NCBI RefSeq assembly: GCF_006345805.1
Contig: NC_043017.1
Span: forward strand, 3,286,001-3,350,000
DNA length: 64,000 nt
Source: Octopus sinensis
Taxonomy: Eukaryota
Reading direction: 5' to 3'
Part shown: positions 39,353-49,063 of the stretch, piece by piece
Layout: every line of letters starts with the position of its first letter
How positions within the stretch are numbered: position 1 is the stretch's first letter
Program-made: the position numbers and the translations under genes
The notes under the pieces: generated by a model
What the model was told of the DNA's origin: nothing
The model's database searches: none
Seen by the model: the letters and a program-made list of their open reading frames with translations, nothing else

Positions 39353-41825
39353 CTGAAAAGAGAGAGGGAGAGAGAAAGAGCATTTTTAAAAGGCCTGAAT
39401 TCATTTTGCAATAAAAAACAAAAAGTTAAAAAATAAAACCATAAAAACCACACTAAGCTCAAAGAACTATTTTTTTTTGACAATATTTTTAATGTCTTAA
39501 TTTTTATAAAATAAAGAAATTGAAGATCAGAAAGTAAACGAGTGATTTTAGATATTATCAAGTTTGGAATCTAAGGAGAAGGTTCTTCCATAAAATTATG
39601 ATGGAACGTTGTAGCTTTGAATATTGAACACACTAACCCCTTTAGCATTGGCCAAATCGAGCCCAAATATTCTACCTGGTTTATATTCAAATTAACCAAA
39701 TCTGGCCTTTCATACCTACCCTCCAATGCCATTCTTAAACCTTTAGCATTTAAACTGGCCATAATCAGCCCAAAATATTCAACTTGTTTTACATTTAAAC
39801 TGACTGGATCCAACCTCTCACAGTAAAAATAATTCTATGGCATTCAGCTATCCTACCAGGTCAGGATAACTGTGTGAAAAAGTGTTGATTTCTAACTGTG
39901 GAGGGAACCTGTGAAAGAGGTCGACCCAGGAAAACATGGGATGAGATGGTGAAGCATGATCTTCGAACATTGGGCCTCATAGAAGCAATGACAAGTAACC
40001 AAGACCTTTGGAGATATGCTGTGCTTGAGAAAACCCGTCAAGCCAAGTGAAACTGTAGTCATGGCCGATGCCAATGTCACATAAAAAGCACCCTTTGAAC
40101 ATTGAGCCCTTCAGGGGTGATAAGTGACTGAGACTTTTGGCGATATGCAATACTTGAGAAGACTCAAGTCAAATTATAATTGTGGCCGATGCCGGTGTCA
40201 CACAACTAGCACCCATCCCAGTGGCACATAAAAATCACCCAGTACACTCTTGGAGTGATTGGCATTAGAAAGAGCATCCGGCCATAGAAACCGTGCCAAA
40301 TCAGATTGGAACCTGGCACAGGTCTCCAGTTTATCAGTCAAACCGTCCAACCATCAAACCCATGCCACCACCATGGAGGGCAGACACTAAACGAAGACTG
40401 AAACGACTAAAAAAGATACTGAAGTTTCTTCAGGATTAAACTAGTCAGGAAATGCTGCTTTAAACTCAGAGATTATGTCTCATAGAATCAGTCCATTTTG
40501 TAAAGTGGGTGGTGACAAGAAGGGCATCCAGTTGTAGAAAGCATGCCAAAGCAGACAGTAGGGCTTCGTGTAGGCTTCTGATTTGCCAAACTGTCAAACC
40601 CATTCCAATATGGAAAACAAGACATTAAATGATGAAGATGATGATGAATTAAAGGTTGTGTCTGGTGGGTTGCAATCAAAAGGATGAAATTAGAATTGTA
40701 AAACTAAATATTTTGGAATAGAAAATCTAACTGAAGGACAAAAGAAAAAAAAACAATTGTCATCTAATATCTGTTTTCCATGCTGACATGTGTTGGACAG
40801 TTTGACAGAAGCCAACAAGCCAGAGAGTTGCACCAGACTTCATTGTGTTTTGGCATGGTTTCTACAGATGGATGCCCTGCCTGGTGCAAACCACTCTACA
40901 GAATTGTACTGGGGGCTTTTTACATGGTACCATCACTTGTGCGTCTTATGTGGCACCAGCACCAGTCACAAAATATTATCCAATATTATATTGTAAAAAG
41001 GAGATTCTGATTACAGTTAGGTTCTTACTCAGATTAAATAATCTGAGTAAGAACCTACCTATCATCAGAATACAAGCAGTCTTCAACATTTGTCCATTTG
41101 ACTTCTGTCATTAGGAGTGTAGGGCAGTAGAGATTTGAGATTTGTCCTAGTTTCGCACTCCTCCAACAGACAAACCTCAAGAATTGTTTTTAGTAAATTT
41201 CAATGAGAGCATTTATGTGGTGACCAAACTTGTTAGAAACTAGTCAAATTCCCCCTAAATCAAACCCATCTGTCTCCAAAGAAGGCATAGGATGATGTAG
41301 TGTTATAAAACACTGTTAAAAAAAGGCAGAATGGCTTTGAATGACCCAGAACTAAAGAACAATCGATATTTTAAATCAGTACAAGAACAAATCAAGAAAC
41401 TATGTACATTATACGCTAAATATTTACATTTTAAAAATCTCTGAAAGTTGATACGAAGAATCAATGATAGAATAAATAATAAAAACATACGATTTTAAAC
41501 TAGGACACCAAATCAATAAAACTTCTCAAAACATAAGTTTACTCAGGAGAGAGGTGGACTGCAAAAATAGACTGCCAAGAGAGCAGTAACTTATATAACT
41601 ACTTTTCCCACACTTGCAGGAGTCAGGCAGGTCCTCTCCAATACAGTGATCAGCTTTCACCACTTCTGCCCTTATCTTCTTCAGTCTTCCTATTCCACAC
41701 TTTTCTTTCACAAGGACCTTTGGGCTTCTTTACCCAGCCTCCACAAACCATGCAAATTACATCTCTAAACTAATGCTTTTATCCCACTGGCATACAACAC
41801 CTAATTCCTCTTATACCCAGTTTAA

Positions 41826-42043
41826 CCCTTTTGATACCAACCCACCTGAAACCACTTCTGGTTCTGTTGTACAAATATTTTGTTTTCAAAAGTTCTGAAT
41901 TAAAATCTTCCACCAAACCTTAGTCACAATTTATGTTCCTAACACTAGCTTAATAATAACTAAGTTATTTTACTAAATTCTTTGTTATATTTAAAATTAA
42001 AAGATACACAGAACATTTCAACCAGAATGGTGTAACAAAAGGG
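41826..42043 (+). mobile_element. piggyBac-like MITE, diverged copy of the same family
   Basis: TTAA|CCCTTTTGATACC ... GTAACAAAAGGG|CTAA with the shared internal sequence aaatcttccaccaaaccttagtcacaattt. Confidence 0.8.
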
Positions 42044-42411
42044 CTAAGCTAAAGCTTATCAAGTATGATGCCGTTCATGCATAACACATCCAACCTTTAC
42101 AACTGCATGGCTTTCGGTACAGTCCCACTATGTGGCACCCTGAGCAAGTGACTTCAGCTATAGCCCCAGGTCAGTCAGTGCCTTCTGAGTGGATTTGGTG
42201 TGGGAGTGTGTGCATGTGCTAAATTTGTATGTGTCTACCCTGTTCACCTCACAAGAAGTGCCACCATCATACAAATCTGTTCATTTCTGATCTTCTATGA
42301 AAATATGTCCAGCCACAGTGGAACTACAACCTTTCTTGGAAATAGGTGAGTGTTGGTGACAGGGAGAGCATCATTTGACTGTAGAAAGCCTGCTCCAGTG
42401 AAAATATATAT

Positions 42412-42690
42412 ATGAAGTCTGATCAAAAAATATCGGGACTGGTGCTATAAGCCCTTTCTCTTTCTATTTCTTTGTTTATACAAGGGAGTGCTGAAAATAC
42501 AGGAGGATCAATTAATTATGATTTTATTCATCATATTCCCCTCTCGGATTAACACATTTATGGCAGCTATCCTTCAGTTTTTCTGAGTCCTGTAAAAGAA
42601 CCTGGAAGGTTGGCCCTGTAGCCAGGCCTTTTGTGATACCCTTAAAAGCCAGAAACATTTCAGCAGCCCCTTATAGAGAGAATAGTGATT
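42412..42690 (-). mobile_element. Mariner 3' remnant
   Basis: The minus strand gives WLQGQPSRFF..., LKDSCHKCVNPRGEYDE*, resembling the mariner C-terminus RWxKCVxxxGEY; TIR-like TATGAAGTCTGATCAAAAAATATCGGGACT at 42411. Confidence 0.55.
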
Positions 42691-42790
42691 TTCCCACCTC
42701 CCCGGGAAAAAAAACCCATCGTCAACAATACTATTACTCACAAACCTGAGGGAGCAAAAACGGGATTACAAAAACAAATTGTTAACATAC

Positions 42791-42965
42791 CACTTGGCTG
42801 GGCCGGGACCCCTTCCAACGTACGACACTTGCTTCGCAGACCTTCACCAGTACCGTCAATCCAAATATATTCACACATGACATTCTCTTTATCTTGAGGA
42901 AGTTCCAAGTAGTGGTTGAGGACAGTCTTGTCCGTGGTGGCTGGATATGAACGTGATTGAGTCAT
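42791..42965 (-). CDS. GLUL: Glutamine synthetase (GSII), coding exon 1
   Basis: ATG at 42965; translates MTQSRSYPATTDKTVLNHYLELPQDKENVMCEYIWIDGTGEGLRSKCRTLEGVPAQPS, containing the GS beta-grasp motif EYIWIDGTGEGLRSK. Acceptor ttccag lies 7 nt upstream of the ATG (exon starts 42972); phase-1 donor G|GTATG at 42790. Confidence 0.97.
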
Positions 42966-43129
42966 TGTGTATCTGGAATGTAATCAAAAATAAATACATA
43001 AGTCAGCAGCCCACAACCCTTTGCGGCCCCAAACACTCCCTTAATGGCATTTTAATCAGAGCAAAGTTAATTTTGAGTGGTTGTTTATTATTCCATCAAG
43101 TTTGCATTTCTTTTAAAAATCATTTACAT

Positions 43130-43630
43130 AGGCGCAGGAGTGGCTGTGTGGTAAGTAGCTTGCTAACCAACCACATGGTTCCAGGTTCAGTCCCACTGCG
43201 TGGCACCTTGGGCGAATGTCTTCTGCTATAGCCCCGGGCCGACCAATGCCTTGTGAGTGGATTTGGTAGACGGAAACTGAAAGAAGCCTGTCTGTGTGTT
43301 TGTGTGTCTGTGTTTGCCCCCCCCCCCCAACATCACTTGACAACCGATGCTGGTGTGCTTACGTCCCCGTCACTTAGCGGTTCGGCAAAAGAGACCGATG
43401 GAATAAGTAAAAGGCTTACAAAGAATAAGTCCCGGGGTCGATTTGCTCGACTAAATGCGGTGCTCCAGCATGGCCACAGTCAAATGACTGAAACAAGTAA
43501 AATAGTAAAAGAGTATATGGTTCTGGGTTCAGTCCCACTGCATTGGCACCTTGGACAAGTGTCTTTTACCATAGCCTCAGGCTTACCAAAGCCTTGCGAG
43601 TGGATTTTGTAGAAGGAAACTTAAGAAGCC
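43130..43630 (+). mobile_element. SINE family B plus partial second copy, in GLUL intron 1
   Basis: Match to the consensus. Confidence 0.85.
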
Positions 43631-43661
43631 CATTGTGTATGTACGTATATATACACATATG

Positions 43662-43896
43662 TATATAATTTAGAGGAAAACCTCTATTAAACAATTCAAT
43701 AATGAAAGATGTTATTCACACCTATAAAAACCTTATTCTAAAAATCAATAAAGTACAAAAACAATAAATAGTAGTATTTATTGATTTTGTACTTTATTGA
43801 TTTTTAGAATAAGCTTTTTATAGTGTTTTCTATATGGTGTGAATAACACCATTCTTTGTTGAATTGTTTAATAGAGGTTTCTCTCTAAATTATATA
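43662..43896. repeat. AT-rich near-perfect palindrome (foldback MITE-like)
   Basis: Arms 43662-43770 and 43775-43896 pair around a 4-nt loop GTAG; the right arm carries a ~13-nt insertion. Confidence 0.85.
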
Positions 43897-43974
43897 TAGT
43901 GAAATTTGACTTAAAATTGCTAAACTGAATTTTTCCCTGTAAGTTTGGAATTATAGTCCCTAATATATATATAT

Positions 43975-44015
<41 letters not shown>

Positions 44016-44039
44016 CATACACACACATACATATATGCC

Positions 44040-44305
44040 AGCGCTGCCTCGACTGGCTTCCGTGCCGGTGGCACGTAAAATGCACCAGTCCGACCGTGGC
44101 CATTGCCAGCCTCGCCTGGCACCTGTGCAGGTGGCACGTAAAAAGCACCCACTACACTCACGGAGTGGTTGGCGTTAGGAAGGGCATCCAGCTGTAGAAA
44201 CACTACTAGATCAGACTGGGCCTGGTGCAGCCTTCTGGCTTCCCAGACCCCAGTCGAACCGTCCAACCCATGCTAGCATGGAGAACGGACGATGATGATG
44301 ATGAT
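44040..44305 (+). mobile_element. SINE/LINE-tail family D ending in (GAT)n (related copies near 34900-35090, 40200-40650, 57270-57480)
   Basis: Shared TTGGC.TTAGGAAGGGCATCCAGC.GTAGAAA ... AACCCATGC.AGCATGGA motif and (GAT)n tail. Confidence 0.7.
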
Positions 44306-44766
44306 ATATATCCGTGGGCATGTGTGTGGTCTATGTGTCTGTGCTTGTCAGCTGGTGCTGGTGTGTTTCAGTTCTTGTAACTTAGCAGTTCAGCAAAAGA
44401 ATGAATAAAATAAACAGGTTTTACAAAATAAGTGCTAGGGTCGAGTTCAGGAATCAAAAAAACAAAAAAAAAATGAAGTCCTGTTTAATGTTTGCAATAA
44501 AAATTCAAAAAATTATAAAACTAAAACTTTTTTGAAATGTTCAAATTCTTTTGAAAACACATTAACTATTTTCAAAACTTTATAGAACAGATTTTGGCTG
44601 CCGCACACTTCCAGTAAATTGTTTCCACATACTGTGTTTAATTAGAAAACAAGCAATTAAATGGAGTTAATTACTTTCCCAAACTTCAACAGGAGCCTCT
44701 ATGATATTGCTTGACTTGCTAGAAATAACTGAGAAGTCTCACACTATCTTCAACAGGTCTTAAGAT

Positions 44767-46732
44767 AATAACTTTTGGTGTTAACATGGTCCGATTTGAA
44801 AATTTTTCTTCTACGGAATGAAGAGCAAGCCTTCTTCTATCATACTCTCAATTTTGGTTAATTTGCGCTGCAGGGTCTCAAAGGAGATAGTATTAGTTGG
44901 GTTAATATAGGGCGTAACAAATATCAGAAAATCAAAAAAAAAATGTGTGTAATAGGTGTAAAACAACTTCCTATGAACGAATATGAAAAAAAAAATTCGC
45001 GCACGCGAAAGGGGGGTGGGGGAGAGGCCTCGGAATATTTATATCGGGAATTTCCGAAAGCGTCTGAACCGGGCACAAAAACAAAAACAAAAACAGCGTA
45101 ATAGGTGTAAAACAACTTGCTCTAAACGACTATCACGAAAAAAATGCGCGCTCGCGAAAGGGGGGTGGGGGAGAGGCTTCGGAAATTTCACATCTTCAGT
45201 CCACGGCCTTTAAACTAAGAAAAAATAGTGTAATTGGTGTAAAACTACTTGTTCTAAACGAATATCAAGAACACACACTCACACATGAATCATAAACTCC
45301 GTATTTCGCAAAAAAAAAAAAAATAAAGAGAAGAAATTCTGGAAAAAGTGAAGAAATGTTGGATCTCCGCCATGTGAATCAAAATACGTGTCAGAAACAT
45401 CTTGAAATACTACAGAAATTATGTTACGAAAATGATAATGTATACATACCTCTTTGAGTGGTCCATCGATAATGATGATAAAGAAATGAGTTGGATTTGA
45501 ACTCAGAATATTGACTAACACAACTACATACTACAAGACTCAAAATATTCAGCCAAGTCACCACCCTTTAACTAGCAATAATAATAACATCAATAACATA
45601 ACAGCCAAAAGATTTATTTGTTCTGAAAATAACAATCATAGTAAATAAATATGTTCTTTAATATTCACATTCATGTGCACAGTTAAACACACTTACATAC
45701 AAACAGTCACGCATGCATAATACAGAACGGAACACATAAATGAAGGATGCATTACTTAGTATATATTACATCTAGAGAATTTTGATTAATAAGTCAAATA
45801 TGCAAATTATAAAGATAATTAATTGCTTTACTAAACAGTGTTGTAAAGGTGAAAAAATAAATTTGGGAAAAAAATACACGCCAAAACTAATTAATAAAGG
45901 ATAATTAGGGAAGGATTGACACAAAATAATAATTTTTTCTGTCTCTTTTTTTCTGATAAATGCATCTTAATAAGTGAGAATTGCATATATCTGAACTATT
46001 TCAAAGAAAAGCATAAATTTAATGTTTAAAATAGCTTTAACCAAGGAATGAGATCCAACATTTCTTCACTTTTTCCAGAATTTCTTCTCTTTATTTTTTT
46101 TTTTTTTGCGAAATACGGAGTTTATGATTCATGTGTGAGTGTGTGTTCTTGATACTCGTTTAGAACAAGTAGTTTTACACCAATTACACTATTTTTTCTT
46201 AGTTTAAAGGCCGTGGACTGAAGATGTGAAATTTCCGAAGCCTCTCCCCCACCCCCCTTTCGCGAGCGCGCATTTTTTTCATGATAGTCGTTTAGAGCAA
46301 GTTGTTTTACACCTATTACGCTGTTTTTGTTTTTGTGCCCGGTTCAGACGCTTTCGGAAATTCCCGATATAAATATTCCGAGGCCTCTCCCCCACCCCTC
46401 TTTCGCGAGAGCGCATTTTTTTTTGTCATATTCGTTTAGAGCAAGTTGTTTTACACATATTACACTATTTTTTTTTTGTTTTGGTGCCCGGGTCAGCTCC
46501 TCAGACGCTTTCGGAACTTCCGATGTGAATTTTCCGAGGCCTCTCCCCCACCCCCCTTTCGCGTGCGCGAATTTTTTTTTTCATATTCGTTCATAGGAAG
46601 TTGTTTTACACCTATTACACACATTTTTTTTTTGATTTTCTGATATTTGTTACGCCCTATATTAACCATTAGTTGAAGGCTACCAAACCTGCCATACACA
46701 GACAACTTCAGCTTTATATATAGAGAGAGAGA
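44767..46732 (-). mobile_element. 3'-truncated copy of the same Helitron, interrupted by the foldback element
   Basis: 46676-46732 plus 44767-44899 are the reverse complement of about 47887-48075; A|TC 5' end at 46732. Confidence 0.85.
44900..46667. mobile_element. Non-autonomous foldback DNA transposon with long TIRs made of ~130-150-bp subrepeats and an 8-bp TSD (Merlin-like)
   Basis: Arms 44900-45367 and 46050-46667 are reverse complements, both starting GGTTAATATAGGGCGTAAC. TSD ATTAGTTG at 44892-44899 and 46668-46675; 682-bp AT-rich spacer. Confidence 0.9.
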
Positions 46733-46807
46733 TTGCAAATGTAAACAAACTATATTTGTACGCTTCAAATGTGAACGAAGTGTATCTATTCTCACAAAAA
46801 GTACAAC

Positions 46808-47056
46808 CACTACGCGAAGTGGTTAAGAGCGCGGGCTACTAACCCCAAGATTCCCAGTTCGATTCCAGGCAGTGACCTGAATAATAATAACATCGAAAAA
46901 TACCTTAAGAATGGGAACCTAGGTTCGAAATTTCCCCGAGACACCTGATGAAGGCTGGAGGGTATATCAGCCGAAACGTTGTGTTAACAACAAACAAGAT
47001 GAGGACAAATATCCGCCAAATGTAAATAATTCCTCATCTCTTAAATATAGAACTGT
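46808..47056 (+). mobile_element. tRNA-headed short element (SINE-like) whose body contains the hammerhead; Penelope-like 3' part
   Basis: A-box-like GCGAAGTGGTTAA and B-box GTTCGATTCC (46857-66), then an (AAT)n linker, then the hammerhead. Boundaries approximate. Confidence 0.6.
46940..46985 (+). ncRNA. Minimal type I hammerhead ribozyme motif
   Basis: Stem I gACAC (46940-44) / GTGTt (46981-85); core CTGATGA (46945-51); stem II GGCTG (46953-57) / CAGCC (46968-72); GAAA (46973-76); palindromic stem III ACGT (46976-79); cleavage-site U at 46980. Confidence 0.75.
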
Positions 47057-47886
47057 GTAAATCAGTTTTGGTGTTATTTTATTTTGCGAGGTTTCGGATT
47101 AGGAATCCCATACCTGATGGGTAAGGGAGAGAGGGCTTATATATTTTCTTAGTATTCTCTTTTTTCATATAACGGAAATTACAACTGGGGAACGGATTAA
47201 GTGTTAACCACCACCAAAAGGAACACGAAGAGCATCATTTCTGATATTTTAAAACGAAATCTCCGAAAACTTTTTCTCCGAAAAAAAAGTAACATAAGAA
47301 AAGTTCGAAAAGTAAAAGTTAAAAAGAAATTACACTAAAATGGACAAATGCCAAACAAGAAGACATTCCATCTGTGACCATCTCGTATATATTTTGGACT
47401 ACACAGGGTAATAATTCTTTGAAGATAATAGGAATGCGAGTTGACGCAGATAGGGTTGCTATTTCTAGCAAGTGCAGTGACAAATACTTTTAATAAGTTT
47501 CGAAAAACTCAGCTGGTTAGCATTGAGATGAATCACTGATTCGGCAGAAGTCTAAGAAAGCTGTTCACGTGGATGCCCTCGTGCTTGCATGTAAACAAAG
47601 ATGTTATTCTAACCTACTAAAAAACATAAACAAGTACATGGGATCATCAGTTTCGACGGAAACTATCGCAGCTGCTCAATGAGTGACTGAATATATTTCA
47701 GGGGCACGTGTGTGAAACATCTTCCACACGCAAAATCAGCGTGACTATAAGTGTAACAAAGTCGACCGTATTATTCGGGGTGTCGTTCAGTCGACGGATA
47801 AGTTTACAGAATCTTGAGAAACTTCGCCTACCACTTCTTTACGTCTGAAAACAAAACCAGACAAAACATAAGATAATGGGATTTTA

Positions 47887-48286
47887 TCTCTCTCTATATA
47901 TATAAAGCTGAAGTTGTCTGTGTATGGCAGGTTTGGTAGCCTTCAACTAACACTATCTCCTCCGAGACCCTGCGGCGCAAGTTGACCAAAATTGAGAGTA
48001 TGATAGAAGAAGGCTTGCTCTTCCTTCCGTAGAAGAAAAAATTCAAATCGAACCTTGTTAACGCCAAAAATTATTTACATAAAAAATGTGCTTTTTTTTT
48101 CCTATGAAAATCCCTATTTTTTACGATCTTTTTGACTGCTGTGTCGCCATTTTTCGGTGTATTTCAACCAGAAAAATGTTCACTTAAAGAGAATAACAAG
48201 CTACATAATGCAACATTTTTACTTTTCAAAAATTCCAATTCTAAAGGGTCGAAACAAACCCGAGCAACGCCGGGCGATACTGCTAG
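47887..48286 (+). mobile_element. Intact non-autonomous Helitron (~400 bp)
   Basis: A|TC 5' end (TCTCTCTCTATATATATAAAGCTG), subterminal hairpin CCCG-agcaacgc-CGGG (48259-74), CTAG|T 3' end, no TSD. Confidence 0.85.
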
Positions 48287-48670
48287 TTTTTTTTTTAATT
48301 TCTCAATGTGGACGCTCCACGTATCCGAATCAATTCCTAAATCTCTCTCCAAATCATTCCCCTACAAGCGACAGAAGGACATTGTATGCTCACAGCCATC
48401 AATTTTGATTCTAATACTCACTATAGTGTTGTTTGTTATTCTCTGCAAGAACGGCTAAACTTTAGTAAAACTAGTTGCCTTGTGTTAAAAAAAAAAATCT
48501 CAGCTGTCATAAATCTGCACATCAAGATTGAGCAAGAAGTTTTTAAACTTGTCATTGCTGATAAGCAAAATACATGGGATGGCCATGGTTAAAACGCCTA
48601 TGGTCAACGGGTAGACAGATTTGCTCTATTAAGACTGAGCTGAAGTGAAGTATAATTTAAAAAGTTTATG

Positions 48671-49063
48671 TAGGAGCAGGTGTGGCTGTGTGGTAAATAG
48701 CTTGCTTACCAACCACATGGTTCTGGGTTCAGTCCCACTGCGTGGCATCTTGGACAAGTGCCTTCTACTATAGCCTCGGGTCGGCCAAAGCCTTGAGTGG
48801 ATTTGGTAGACGGAAACTGGAAGAAGCCTATTGTATATATGAACATATATATGTATATGTGTGTGTGTATATGTTTGTGTGTCTGTGTTTGTCCCCACAA
48901 CATTGCTTGACAACCGATGCTGGTGTGTTTGCGTCCCGTAACTTAGCGGTTCGGCAAAAGAGACCGATAGAATAAGTACTAGGCTTCCAAAGAATAAGTC
49001 CTGGGGACGATTTGCTCGACTAACGGCATGGCCACAGTCAAATGACTGAAACAAATAAAAGAA
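48671..49063 (+). mobile_element. SINE family B, GLUL intron 1
   Basis: Match to the consensus. Confidence 0.85.

Noticed and set aside
45368-46049. Foldback spacer as a transposase gene
   Set aside because: AT-rich with stops in all frames and no DDE motif seen.
44950-46620. Regularly spaced ~140-bp repeats that might look like a CRISPR array
   Set aside because: The repeats are contiguous TIR subrepeats without unique spacers, the context is eukaryotic, and there are no cas genes.
47644-47655. Minus-strand CGAAACTGATGA as a hammerhead
   Set aside because: The two core halves overlap with no room for stems.
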